From the NCBI RefSeq assembly GCF_000019605.1, contig NC_010482.1, positions 780,001 to 812,000 of the forward strand: 32,000 nucleotides of DNA. The letters are read 5' to 3'. This document shows positions 1 through 8,259 of the stretch, piece after piece. The first letter of the stretch is position 1. Each line of letters opens with the position of its first letter. The translations under genes were made by a program, and so were the position numbers. Below the pieces are notes generated by a model that was given only the letters and a program-made list of their open reading frames with translations, ran no database searches and was not told the DNA's origin. The stretch comes from Candidatus Korarchaeum cryptofilum OPF8. GTDB lineage: Archaea; Korarchaeota; Korarchaeia; Korarchaeales; Korarchaeaceae.

Positions 1-54
1 TGCAAGGAGGTGCTATCCGCTAAAGCGATGTCATTCGGTAAGGTGAGAGCATGA
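1..54 (+). CDS. C-terminal 17 codons of an upstream gene cut by the window edge
   Basis: Frame 1 is open from nt 1 (..CKEVLSAKAMSFGKVRA) and stops at TGA 52-54. That stop overlaps the ATG at 51-53 (ATGA overlap, typical of coupled operon genes). Too short to name. Confidence 0.3.
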   Translation, partial: CKEVLSAKAMSFGKVRA

Positions 55-536
55 GCCTCAGGGATGATATAAAAGCGATCTCCGGGCAGGACGTCATGCT
101 ATGCTTCCAATGCGGGGAGTGTTCATCATCCTGCCAGATGGCCGGTTACAAGGGCTTCTCCCCCGCGAAGTTGATACATTCCATCCAATTGGGAATGGAG
201 GATGTCCTGAGGTCTAGAATTTACGAACTCTGCCTTCACTGTTTCCTCTGTTCCGTCAGGTGCCCTCAGGGACTGAGCTTCCCGGATATAGCTACAGCAT
301 TATCCAACATAACTGTGAGGAGGTATGGTCCGGGGAAGATTGAGAAAATGTTCTTAGACGAGATAACTAATAAGGGATTTTTGAACCCAGCTACATTTGC
401 TCTGAAGACCTTTGGATTCTCCCTCCCCAAATACGCTGGTCTGAAGGGCCTCAAAGCCGCTCCCATTATCTTCGAGAGGGGGAACGTCAGGAGGGAACTG
501 GTAGAGGAGGTGAGGAGGGTTGCAAGGGAGGGTTGA
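51..536 (+). CDS. hdrC: HdrC-like subunit with two [4Fe-4S] ferredoxin motifs (heterodisulfide reductase subunit C family)
   Basis: 161 aa with two CxxCxxCxxxC motifs (CFQCGECSSSC and CLHCFLCSVRC followed by P). Overlaps the start of a CCG-domain protein. Confidence 0.75.
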   Translation: MSLRDDIKAISGQDVMLCFQCGECSSSCQMAGYKGFSPAKLIHSIQLGMEDVLRSRIYELCLHCFLCSVRCPQGLSFPDIATALSNITVRRYGPGKIEKMFLDEITNKGFLNPATFALKTFGFSLPKYAGLKGLKAAPIIFERGNVRRELVEEVRRVAREG

Positions 537-1269
537 GGCTTACTATCCCGGATGCTCGGCGAGGACCACTGAAAGAGCATATCTGAGGACCGCTCTCTTC
601 GTCCTCAGGAAGTTGGGGGTGGAATTCAGGCTGCTCGACGATTTACCATGCTGCGGCACGCTGGAGGGTGAGCTCTACAGCAGGGAACTCACCAGGAAGC
701 TCGCTGAGATAATAAATAGGGAAGCCAATGGGAGAGTTATAACCGGTTGCAGCGGTTGTTACAGCACGATAAACAGGGGCGGTGGTTCTGCAACTCACTT
801 AGTCGATTTCCTGTTCAGGGAAGTCGGCCTGGAGAGGATAGCTGAGAGGATAGTTAGGAAGGTGGATCTCAAGGTCGCAGCTTACTACGGGTGCCAAGCT
901 CTGAGGCCCAAAGAGTTGGCTATAGATGATCCGGAGGATCCCAGAGTGCTCGAGGAAATACTATCGCTCACTGGAGTCCAGACAGTAGATTTTCCAATGA
1001 GGACTAAGTGTTGCGGTGGACCAATAGCCCTCAAAGAGCCGGATCTTGCCATAAGGATGGCTAAGGATGTAGTGAAATCTGCTGAGGATAGCGGAGCCGA
1101 GGCCATAGCTACTATGTGCAACCTCTGCCACTTCATGCTGGACTTCTACACATCGGGGCTGCCGATCCTCCACTTCACTCAGATACTGGCTTACTCCATG
1201 GGGATGCCTCCGGATGAGCTGGGATTGGATGAATTATTCAATCCCCCCAGGAAGGGATTCGGGAGGTGA
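520..1269 (+). CDS. hdrB: HdrB-like protein with two CCG (cysteine-rich) domains
   Basis: TTG at 520 is preceded by a GGAGG-rich run (501-519). There are two copies of the CCG-domain pattern: YYPGC-x31-CCG-x31-CSGC and YYGC-x38-CCGG-x34-CNLC. Confidence 0.75.
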   Translation: MQGRVEAYYPGCSARTTERAYLRTALFVLRKLGVEFRLLDDLPCCGTLEGELYSRELTRKLAEIINREANGRVITGCSGCYSTINRGGGSATHLVDFLFREVGLERIAERIVRKVDLKVAAYYGCQALRPKELAIDDPEDPRVLEEILSLTGVQTVDFPMRTKCCGGPIALKEPDLAIRMAKDVVKSAEDSGAEAIATMCNLCHFMLDFYTSGLPILHFTQILAYSMGMPPDELGLDELFNPPRKGFGR

Positions 1270-1273
1270 GATC

Positions 1274-1462
1274 TTGTGCGAGGGTGAGGTCTACATTATA
1301 GAGGGTTCCTCAGAGAAGTTGCTGATGGAGGATGTCATCTCCCTCTCAATTAAGGATGGGAGGCTGGTAATCTACAATGAGATGGGTGAGATGAAGGAGA
1401 TAAATGATGCGAAGGAAATCAGGATAGATATGGTGAGGCACCTAGTGAAGGTAGTCATCTGA
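1274..1462 (+). CDS. cooT: CooT-family small nickel-binding protein (about 62 aa)
   Basis: In-frame TTG at 1274 is followed directly by Cys: (M)CEGEVYIIEGSSEKLLMEDVISLSIKDGRLVIYNEMGEMKEI..VKVVI. The Met-Cys N-terminus, roughly 60 aa length and the 'EDV..l...dg.l.i....Ge.kei' pattern match CooT-family proteins as I remember them. The ORF-track ATG at 1214 would add 20 aa and overlap hdrB by 56 nt. Confidence 0.7.
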   Translation: MCEGEVYIIEGSSEKLLMEDVISLSIKDGRLVIYNEMGEMKEINDAKEIRIDMVRHLVKVVI

Positions 1463-1481
1463 GGCCCGGAAACTCACCCCA

Positions 1482-1488
1482 TTTTTTT
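1482..1488 (+). terminator. oligo-T tract (T7) downstream of the cooT-like gene
   Basis: TTTTTTT lies 20 nt after the stop at 1460-1462. Archaeal termination commonly uses oligo-T. Confidence 0.45.
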
Positions 1489-1520
1489 GCTAATAGTCTT
1501 CCCCAGGGGCATCTAAAGCC

Positions 1521-1528
1521 TTTTTATA
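1521..1528 (+). promoter_or_regulatory. TATA-like box for the epimerase gene (leaderless geometry)
   Basis: TTTTTATA is centred about 25 nt upstream of ATG 1550, with a purine-rich BRE-like 'aaagcc' just upstream. Confidence 0.5.
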
Positions 1529-1549
1529 GAAACTCCCCCCGGTTCAAAG

Positions 1550-2485
1550 ATGATAATCGTCAGCGGAGGGGCTGGGTTCATAGGGAGCCATACTGTCGAT
1601 GAGTTGCTCGAGCTGCGCATGGATGTTTGCGTCATCGATAACTTCTACAGCGGGTCTCCAGAGAACCTGAGGGGCTATGAGAAGCTGAGGATCCTTAATG
1701 TAGATATAAGGGACTTCAATTCTATTTTTGAAGGGATAAAGGGTGAAGTTGAGGGGATAATACATTTAGCCGCTATAGTGAGCCTCGATGAAGCCAGAGC
1801 GAATCCTAAACTCGCTTTTGAAACTAACTTCCTCGGGACCCTCAATATGTTGGAGTTAGCTAGGAAGCTAGATGTCGGGAGGTTCGTTTACGCATCTAGC
1901 GTAGCTGTTTACGGTGAACCCGTTTATTTGCCGATAGATGAATCCCATCCCCTGAAGCCAGCTAACTTATACGGGTTATCCAAGCTCATGGGGGAGCAGC
2001 TCGCGATGAGCTACATGGAGGAGTACGGAATAGATGTGGTTGCGCTCAGGTACTTCAACGTCTACGGGCCCAGGATGAGGAGCGGCCCCTATAGCGGGGT
2101 AGTTCACATCTTCATAACCTCCCTGCTGAGGGGGGAGCCCGTCAGGATATTCGGGGATGGCGATCAGACTAGGGACTTCGTTTACGTCAAAGATGTAGCT
2201 AAAGCTAATGTTAAAAGTCTATTTTCGAATGTTAAGGGAGCTTTCAATGTGGGAACTGGCGTTGAGACCTCTATAAATGAGCTCCTCTCCCTAATATCTG
2301 ATCTGCTGGGCGTTAGGGCTGAAGTGAAGTACGAGTCTCCCAGGAAAGGGGATGTCAGGAGGAGTAGAGCGTCCGCAGAAGCTATAAGAGAGGCTATAGG
2401 ATGGACTCCAGAAGTGGGGATCAGGGAGGGGCTCAAGAGAACGATAGAGTGGTATAGGAGATCCGTTGATGTTCTTAATGGCTAA
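1550..2485 (+). CDS. NAD-dependent epimerase/dehydratase (extended SDR, UDP-sugar 4-epimerase-like)
   Basis: 311 aa with an N-terminal GGAGFIGSH Rossmann motif and a YGLSK (YxxxK) catalytic motif. Overall GalE/RmlB-like layout. Confidence 0.85.
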   Translation: MIIVSGGAGFIGSHTVDELLELRMDVCVIDNFYSGSPENLRGYEKLRILNVDIRDFNSIFEGIKGEVEGIIHLAAIVSLDEARANPKLAFETNFLGTLNMLELARKLDVGRFVYASSVAVYGEPVYLPIDESHPLKPANLYGLSKLMGEQLAMSYMEEYGIDVVALRYFNVYGPRMRSGPYSGVVHIFITSLLRGEPVRIFGDGDQTRDFVYVKDVAKANVKSLFSNVKGAFNVGTGVETSINELLSLISDLLGVRAEVKYESPRKGDVRRSRASAEAIREAIGWTPEVGIREGLKRTIEWYRRSVDVLNG

Positions 2486-2653
2486 GGCCGAAGGTTCCCT
2501 TTCTTAGTGCGACTTCTACGGACTGCGTCAAGGCAGCTGGATAGATAGGCCTCAGTCGGGTACTTTCAGCAAAATTCCATTTCCTGACTGGAGAATAACT
2601 TCCTACAGCGTCTTTTAAGGAAAAGCTTTTAAAATGATGAAGTCCGATATAGT

Positions 2654-2877
2654 ATGCCGAAGCAAATAGCTATAGAGATCCCCGATTGGGTCGATGAGAG
2701 GGATATAATTGACATCATAGAGATATAGAGATGAGAGTGCCTAGCAGCGCTACGAGGGAAGAATATATCAATTTCTTGAAGATAGATGTGAATGAGATCG
2801 TGGAATATGATATCGAAAAGGAGCTTGAGATACTTAGGGAGACTAGAGAGAAGGCTGAGAGGATATGCCGGTTCTAG
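2654..2877 (+). pseudogene. putative antitoxin remnant upstream of a vapC relic, split into two short ORFs in different frames
   Basis: ORF 2654-2728 (MPKQIAIEIPDWVDERDIIDIIEI*) and ORF 2731-2877 (MRVPSSATREEYINFLKIDVNEIVEYDIEKELEILRETREKAERICRF*). The second ends 13 nt past the ATG of the PIN-domain relic, a toxin-antitoxin style overlap. Family not assignable by eye. Confidence 0.35.
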
Positions 2878-3186
2878 ACACAAATATTTTAATAGAGAAA
2901 ATCCGGAGGAATGAGGAGATATGGGAGAATATAACCGAAGTGACGGTATTGGAATATCCTCTGTCTTGAAATATTTAAAGTTTTATGGTAAAATATATTA
3001 CCTTAGGAGGCCTCTGAACTTAGCGCTAAAAATACAGATCGGCTTGAGGAAATTAGGTGCTCAAAAATCGATCCCAGACATTCTCATTGCATCTATATGA
3101 TTAATAGAGATGAGGAGCTTATAACGAGTGATAGAGACTTCCTGGATATAGCTAAAGTCTCAGATCTCAGAGTCAAATTCATCTAG
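2865..3186 (+). pseudogene. vapC: PIN-domain VapC toxin gene disrupted by two frameshifts
   Basis: Three consecutive frame pieces join to about 125 aa: MPVLDTNILIEKIRRNEEIWENITEVTVLEYPLS* / VLKYLKFYGKIYYLRRPLNLALKIQIGLRKLGAQKSIPDILIASI* / MINRDEELITSDRDFLDIAKVSDLRVKFI*. The conserved PIN acidic positions are recognisable (LDTN, LEY, PDILIA, TSDRDF). Confidence 0.6.
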
Positions 3187-3273
3187 GGGCTCTTGCCGAT
3201 CAGCGAGGGGATGCCCATAGTTGCTTCAGCTTTGATCGCTTAAGCTCAATGAGATCTCGGTCACATCCATCGC

Positions 3274-3281
3274 ATTTATAG
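3274..3281 (+). promoter_or_regulatory. TATA-like box for the Lrp gene
   Basis: ATTTATAG is centred about 26 nt upstream of GTG 3304. Confidence 0.45.
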
Positions 3282-3303
3282 TTTATCCGAGGGCTAGGGT
3301 ATT

Positions 3304-3768
3304 GTGGGTCGCTTGAGCGAGAACGAGCTCGATGAGTTGGATATTAAGATACTGAGGCTCATGCAGAAGGATTCTAGGATCCCTTACTCAGAGATATCTA
3401 AGAGGCTTGGGGTCCCAGAGGCCACTGTGAAATACAGAGTGAGGAGGTTAATTGAGAAAGGAGCTATCCTCGGATTCTATACACTTTTGAACCCTAGAAA
3501 AATAGGTTTCCCATTTTCGATGATAATCTTATTTCAGATAATACCGGAAGAGCTTGAAAATGTCTTCAATAAACTGAAGAGCATGCCGGAGGCGACTCAT
3601 GTCTTCAAACTGACTGGAAAATACAATATAGTCGCGATATTCCACGCGAGAGATATGAATCATGTATCGAAGATAGATGAGGCCGTGAGATCTCTGAGGG
3701 GTGTTACAGCCGCTGAGACCCTTCTAGTTACAGGAGTAGTCTATATGAACTGGGAATTCCCCATATGA
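3304..3768 (+). CDS. Lrp/AsnC-family transcriptional regulator
   Basis: 154 aa with a GTG start. N-terminal HTH (LDELDIKILRLMQKDSRIPYSEISKRLGVPEATVKYRVRRLIEKGAI) and a C-terminal RAM-type domain (HVFKLTGKYNIVAIFHARD). Confidence 0.85.
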   Translation: MGRLSENELDELDIKILRLMQKDSRIPYSEISKRLGVPEATVKYRVRRLIEKGAILGFYTLLNPRKIGFPFSMIILFQIIPEELENVFNKLKSMPEATHVFKLTGKYNIVAIFHARDMNHVSKIDEAVRSLRGVTAAETLLVTGVVYMNWEFPI

Positions 3769-3815
3769 TCTGGAATCGACGCTCACCGCTCCAGCATATT
3801 CGTTGACGAAAGCAT

Positions 3816-3829
3816 AATTTTATATATTA
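3816..3829 (+). promoter_or_regulatory. AT-rich TATA-like element upstream of the membrane protein/rSAM operon
   Basis: AATTTTATATATTA is centred about 35 nt upstream of ATG 3858. Confidence 0.4.
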
Positions 3830-3857
3830 ACCGATTAGCGATTCAGCAAGTGATACC

Positions 3858-4403
3858 ATGGCAGTGCAGAGGAGGAGCGTAAGCCTCGACCTGAGCTTGA
3901 TATCGATGTTTTCAGTTTTATTGTTCATATCATCTCTATTTACAAAATATACATCAGGCTATGGTGCAATTTTTTACGCAATTTTCCTGCTGACAGGCGC
4001 CTTAGTGATCGGGAGGCCCCTCTCCGCGACCATAATATCGGTGATAGCTGGCCTCATTTACAGTCTTCAATCCCAACTCTTCCTCCTGATGCTGGGGACC
4101 TTCTTTATCAGGGGTCTGGTCCTCGATCTAATATTCATACCCACGAGAGCCTATGAGAGGGCCCGCTCCGAGAATCCCGGGAGATCTCTCATGGCTATCT
4201 CAATGATCTCAATGGTCCTATCGGGCTTCATGGCAGGCATCTACCAGTACTTCTTCCTAGTCCTCTTTCTAGGGAAATTGGTCGACTTTGGGGCCTTCAT
4301 AGTCTCAACTATTTTCCTAGTGAGCATAATCTCGAACATAATTGCCGCCTACATAGTCGTAAAGTACCTCCTTCCTAAGCTCAGATCACACGGGTGGTTG
4401 TGA
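3858..4403 (+). CDS. small polytopic membrane protein (about 5-6 TM) that resembles an ECF-transporter S component; function unknown
   Basis: 181 aa, almost entirely hydrophobic segments separated by short loops. Size and topology resemble vitamin-capture S components. Its stop TGA (4401-4403) overlaps the next gene's ATG by 1 nt. Confidence 0.7.
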   Translation: MAVQRRSVSLDLSLISMFSVLLFISSLFTKYTSGYGAIFYAIFLLTGALVIGRPLSATIISVIAGLIYSLQSQLFLLMLGTFFIRGLVLDLIFIPTRAYERARSENPGRSLMAISMISMVLSGFMAGIYQYFFLVLFLGKLVDFGAFIVSTIFLVSIISNIIAAYIVVKYLLPKLRSHGWL

Positions 4404-5452
4404 TGGTCCACTTGAGATCCATGATCAAGGGCTCCAGCTCCGTCTCGAGGGGAGAGGAGGTAGCGGATAGATCTCACTCTAAAAGCGGGATAGGGGTAGT
4501 AATCTGGAACGTCACTTACGATTGTAATATGAGGTGTTCTCACTGCTATCAATCCGAATGGAGGCCCATCAGAGAGCTCTCCGACTTCAATGAACTGAGG
4601 ATCGTAGATCAACTCGAGGAACTCGGGAAACCCCTCATATTCATCTCAGGAGGTGAACCCCTACTGAAGAGCCAAACTCCCCAGCTGATAAGGGAGCTTA
4701 AGGCCAGGGACTTCAGAGTCATCCTGAGCACGAACGGTAGTTTAAGCGGAGCCCTGCGGAGCGTCGCCGATTCCCTCGATAACATAGCCCTCCCGCTTTA
4801 CGGACCGGAGGAATTTCATGATACAATAACCGGTGTTAAGGGGAGTTATAATAGCGTGATTAACGCCTTAAGGGACTTAAAGGGTATGAACTTAACGATA
4901 AAGACAGTAGCTTCTAGGAGCACTGTGAAGCACATCCGCCACTTGCTCGATGTCGCTTCTAGATACGATGTGAGCACGCTCTACGTATGCGATCTCCTGC
5001 CTGAGGGTAGGGCCTCTAGCTCCGAGATACTCAGCAAGGAGGAATGGAGGAAGCTAATAGATTTCTTCCTGCAGGAGGTGATCATGGAGGAGGAGTACGG
5101 GGAGATAGAGATCGATATAGGTCTGCATCCATCGGCCGCCATTTACGCCTCTATGAGAGCCGGATTTGAGGTTAAGAGGAGGATCATGAGGGAGGGCCGC
5201 GGCCTAATCTCAATTTCACCAACCGGGGATGTGCTCCTGAGCCCCTATTTAGGGGACCTGAGGATAGGGGATGCGAGGAGGATCAAGGAGGCGCTTGAAA
5301 GCGATATTTACAGGGAGGTGGGGGATGCGAGGAATTTGAAAGGAGTTTGCGGTGATTGTCCTTTCAAGGAAGTCTGCGGTGGATCGAGAGTGAAAGCATA
5401 CGTTTATTCAGGTGATCTCCTCGGGGAGGATCCTACATGCCTCATAAATTGA
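4403..5452 (+). CDS. radical SAM enzyme with a C-terminal SPASM/twitch-type auxiliary cluster domain (NirJ/Ahb-like N-terminus)
   Basis: CNMRCSHC (CxxxCxxC) sits within VVIWNVTYDCNMRCSHCY, and the C-terminus carries CGDCPFKEVCGGSRVKAY...EDPTC. I prefer the ATG at 4403 (TGATG overlap with the upstream stop); GTG 4394 is the ORF-track alternative. Confidence 0.85.
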   Translation: MVHLRSMIKGSSSVSRGEEVADRSHSKSGIGVVIWNVTYDCNMRCSHCYQSEWRPIRELSDFNELRIVDQLEELGKPLIFISGGEPLLKSQTPQLIRELKARDFRVILSTNGSLSGALRSVADSLDNIALPLYGPEEFHDTITGVKGSYNSVINALRDLKGMNLTIKTVASRSTVKHIRHLLDVASRYDVSTLYVCDLLPEGRASSSEILSKEEWRKLIDFFLQEVIMEEEYGEIEIDIGLHPSAAIYASMRAGFEVKRRIMREGRGLISISPTGDVLLSPYLGDLRIGDARRIKEALESDIYREVGDARNLKGVCGDCPFKEVCGGSRVKAYVYSGDLLGEDPTCLIN

Positions 5453-6537
5453 TGGATTTCGAGGAAAGGCCTCTCCTCATTTTCTGGGAACTGACTAAAG
5501 CTTGCAAGCTCAAATGTAAGCACTGCAGAGCTGAGGCAATATCCGAGCCCCTGGAGGATGAGCTCAAAGGGGAGGAGGCCCTGAAGCTGATAGAGGACAT
5601 TGAGGAGTTCGGAGACCCCCTACCGATCCTCATACTGACTGGAGGGGATCCCCTGATGAGGAGGGACTTGAGGGAGATCGTAAGCTACGCGAAGAGAAAG
5701 GGGATCAGGATGGGCATAGCTCCTGCCGTAACGGACCTCATATCTGACAAGATCGATCTGATAGATGAAATAGGATCCGTCTCAATAAGTCTCGATGGAA
5801 TCGGAGAAAAGCACGATTTGATAAGGGGGGATCCCGGGAACTTCTCCAGGACTCTAGATTATCTTAAAATGCTCTTGAGGAGAGGGATCAAGGTTCAGGT
5901 GAACACGCTAGTGGCGAAGGAGAACGTCTCAGAGCTCCCTAAATTAGCGAAGCTCCTGATGGACGTGGGGATAAGGGTATGGGAGCTTTTCTTCCTCATA
6001 AAGGTCGGGAGGGGGATCGATCTGAATGAGTTAACCCCCCAGGAGTGCGAGGACGTCTGCCACTTCCTGATAGAGGTCTCTAGATACGGGATGGAGGTAA
6101 GGACTGTGGAAGCCCCCTTCTTCAGGAGGGTGGCTGAGATTAGGAAGGGCTTCGAGGAAGCTACATCTAGATGCGGGCCCCTTTACACCGATCTGACTGA
6201 GCACCTCATCAGTCTCTTGGGACCTCCCGCCGGTAGCCCTAACGTGAGATCTTCCTTCACTAGGGATGGGAACGGTGTCATATTCGTCTCCCACAATGGG
6301 GAAGTATATCCGAGCGGGTTCGCTCCCTTGAGGCTGGGGAATGTCAGGGAGGAAAGTCTAGTGAAGATCTATAGGGAGAATGAGATCTTAAAGAAGATAA
6401 GGAGGGCTGAATTCAAAGGTAGGTGCGGTATCTGCGAGTACAGATTCATATGCGGGGGGAGCAGAGCCAGGGCTTTTAGTAGGAAGGGAGATATATTGGA
6501 TGAGGACCCTTGCTGCATCTACGAACCAAAAATCTAG
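5452..6537 (+). CDS. radical SAM/SPASM enzyme, paralogue of the preceding gene
   Basis: CKLKCKHC sits within LLIFWELTKACKLKCKHCRAEA, and the C-terminus carries CGICEYRFICGGSRARAF...EDPCC. ATG 5452 overlaps the upstream TGA (5450-5452) by 1 nt, the same TGATG junction as at 4401-4405. ATG 5437 is the in-frame alternative. Confidence 0.85.
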   Translation: MDFEERPLLIFWELTKACKLKCKHCRAEAISEPLEDELKGEEALKLIEDIEEFGDPLPILILTGGDPLMRRDLREIVSYAKRKGIRMGIAPAVTDLISDKIDLIDEIGSVSISLDGIGEKHDLIRGDPGNFSRTLDYLKMLLRRGIKVQVNTLVAKENVSELPKLAKLLMDVGIRVWELFFLIKVGRGIDLNELTPQECEDVCHFLIEVSRYGMEVRTVEAPFFRRVAEIRKGFEEATSRCGPLYTDLTEHLISLLGPPAGSPNVRSSFTRDGNGVIFVSHNGEVYPSGFAPLRLGNVREESLVKIYRENEILKKIRRAEFKGRCGICEYRFICGGSRARAFSRKGDILDEDPCCIYEPKI

Positions 6538-6597
6538 AGATTTTGCAGCTTGAAGCAATCGATCAGAATCCATGGGCTACGCATCGAGTTCCTAATA

Positions 6598-6613
6598 TGC
6601 TGAACGTTCAGCA
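6598..6613. promoter_or_regulatory. perfect 16-bp palindrome TGCTGAACGTTCAGCA upstream of pdxS
   Basis: Read directly from the sequence. It lies 33-48 nt upstream of ATG 6646, in the zone where BRE/TATA or an operator would sit. Confidence 0.4.
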
Positions 6614-6645
6614 AAGGAGATATTGCTTTACGTAAATTAATTCAT

Positions 6646-7665
6646 ATGCACTCGATCTCGCAAGGTCTCGAGGGCTTAGAGGCCCTCAGGGATGCGCTCT
6701 ATGATTTACTGGAGTTCAGGGATAAGTTGAAGGCAGTAGCTTCCTGGCCCACGGGCCTTCCAGAGGCTAGCACAGGGACCATCAGGGTTAAAGTCGGGTT
6801 CCCCGCGATGCTGAGGAATGGCGTCATAATGGACGTTACTTCCGTTGAGCAAGCTCAGATAGCTGAGGACTCCGGTGCAGTGGGTGTGATGGTGCTCGAT
6901 AAACTCCCCTACGATGTCAGGAAGAGCGGTGGAGTCGCTAGGATGGCGGATCTCAAGATAATAGAGGATGTGATGAATCACATCACGATACCTGTGAGCG
7001 CTAAAGTGAGGATAGGCCACTTCTACGAAGCCGTACTCCTCGAATCCATCGGTGTTGACCTGATAGATGAATCAGAGGTGCTAACACCTGTTGATGAGGC
7101 CCACCATATAAATAAGTGGGCCTTCAAAGTGCCTTTCGTCAACGGCTGCAGGGAGCTCTGCGAGGCTCTGAGGAGGATATCTGAGGGGGCATCTATGATA
7201 AGGAGTAAGGGAGAGGCAGGAACTGGAAACGTATCTGAGGCAGTTAAGCACTTCAAGCAGTTACTTAGGGCAATAATAACGCTCCACTTAGCCCATAAGG
7301 ATGGAGAGGAGGAGATCCTGAGGGACTTCGCTAGGCAGTGTCAAGTCTCTCAGGGCTTAGTGAACTTAACTGCTAGGATGGGGAGGCTCCCAGTGATAAC
7401 TTTCGCAGCTGGAGGCATAGCTACACCAGCTGATGCTGCTCTAATGATGTACCTCGGTGCTGATGGCGTCTTCGTGGGCTCAGGTATTTTCAAGAGCCAG
7501 GATCCTAAGCAGAGGGCTTTCGCCATCGTCTTAGCCACATCTCACTGGGACGATCCGGAAACAGTGGTTGAAGCTCAGAAGATGGTGAGCGAGAGAGCTT
7601 CGATGCTGGGTATCGAGATAAGCTCCCTCAAGGCGGAGGAGCTGCTTCAGACGAGGGGTGTCTGA
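6646..7665 (+). CDS. pdxS: pyridoxal 5'-phosphate synthase, synthase (lyase) subunit PdxS
   Basis: Strongly conserved PdxS core ([75 protein letters not shown]). The conserved core begins near residue 45, so the exact start is uncertain. Confidence 0.9.
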   Translation: MHSISQGLEGLEALRDALYDLLEFRDKLKAVASWPTGLPEASTGTIRVKVGFPAMLRNGVIMDVTSVEQAQIAEDSGAVGVMVLDKLPYDVRKSGGVARMADLKIIEDVMNHITIPVSAKVRIGHFYEAVLLESIGVDLIDESEVLTPVDEAHHINKWAFKVPFVNGCRELCEALRRISEGASMIRSKGEAGTGNVSEAVKHFKQLLRAIITLHLAHKDGEEEILRDFARQCQVSQGLVNLTARMGRLPVITFAAGGIATPADAALMMYLGADGVFVGSGIFKSQDPKQRAFAIVLATSHWDDPETVVEAQKMVSERASMLGIEISSLKAEELLQTRGV

Positions 7666-8259
7666 ATGAGAATAGGGGTCTTAGCACTTCAGGGTGATAT
7701 AGAGGAGCATGAACAGGCTATCAGGGATTCCTCAAGATCTTTAGGCTTTAAGGTAGATGTCGTGAGAGTAAAGAGGCCTGGTGACCTCAAAGGCCTCTCC
7801 GGGATCTTGATACCCGGGGGAGAATCAACTACTATATGGAAGCTATCCCAAGGCGAGTTGATGCTAGCGTTGAGGGATGAGATCTTAAATGGGCTTCCAG
7901 CTATGGGAACTTGCGCTGGAGCTATATTCATGGCGAAGGAAGTTAAGGATAGGGTTGTAGGTGAGACGGGCCAAGGTATACTGGGATTGATGGATATGAC
8001 AGTCATCAGGAACTACTATGGGAGACAGAGGGAGTCTTTCGAGATGGATCTCAATTTGGAGGGGATAGGGAGCGTGAGAGCTGTCTTCATAAGGGCCCCG
8101 GCCATAGTTAGGATCTGGGGTAAAGCTAATGCTCTCTCTGAACTCAATGGGACATATCCCGCTGTCATTCAGGATAACATGTTAGCTCTGACTTTCCATC
8201 CCGAGCTAACGACGAGTAAGGTACATGAGTGGTTCCTAAGGGAATTGGTGTTAAAATGA
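7666..8259 (+). CDS. pdxT: PLP synthase glutaminase subunit PdxT
   Basis: The ATG directly follows the pdxS stop. Class-I glutamine amidotransferase motifs are present: GTCAG nucleophile elbow and FHPE. Confidence 0.9.
   Translation: MRIGVLALQGDIEEHEQAIRDSSRSLGFKVDVVRVKRPGDLKGLSGILIPGGESTTIWKLSQGELMLALRDEILNGLPAMGTCAGAIFMAKEVKDRVVGETGQGILGLMDMTVIRNYYGRQRESFEMDLNLEGIGSVRAVFIRAPAIVRIWGKANALSELNGTYPAVIQDNMLALTFHPELTTSKVHEWFLRELVLK

Noticed and set aside
1214-1273. ATG 1214 as the start of the small ORF after hdrB.
   Set aside because: It would overlap hdrB by 56 nt and bury the Met-Cys N-terminus characteristic of CooT-family proteins. TTG 1274 is preferred, though not proven.
2635-2641. AUGAUGA C-box-like heptamer in the AT-rich gap.
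   Set aside because: No matching D box or guide architecture, and it lies just upstream of the antitoxin-like ORF.
3304-3768. Considered whether the Lrp/AsnC-like protein is really an AhbA/AhbB (NirD-like) sirohaem decarboxylase partnering the two rSAM enzymes.
   Set aside because: The C-terminal half looks like an ordinary RAM domain (HVFKLTGKYNIVAIFHARD) rather than the NirDLGH-type motifs I remember. Only one copy is present, whereas AhbAB needs two or a fusion. A profile search is needed to be sure.
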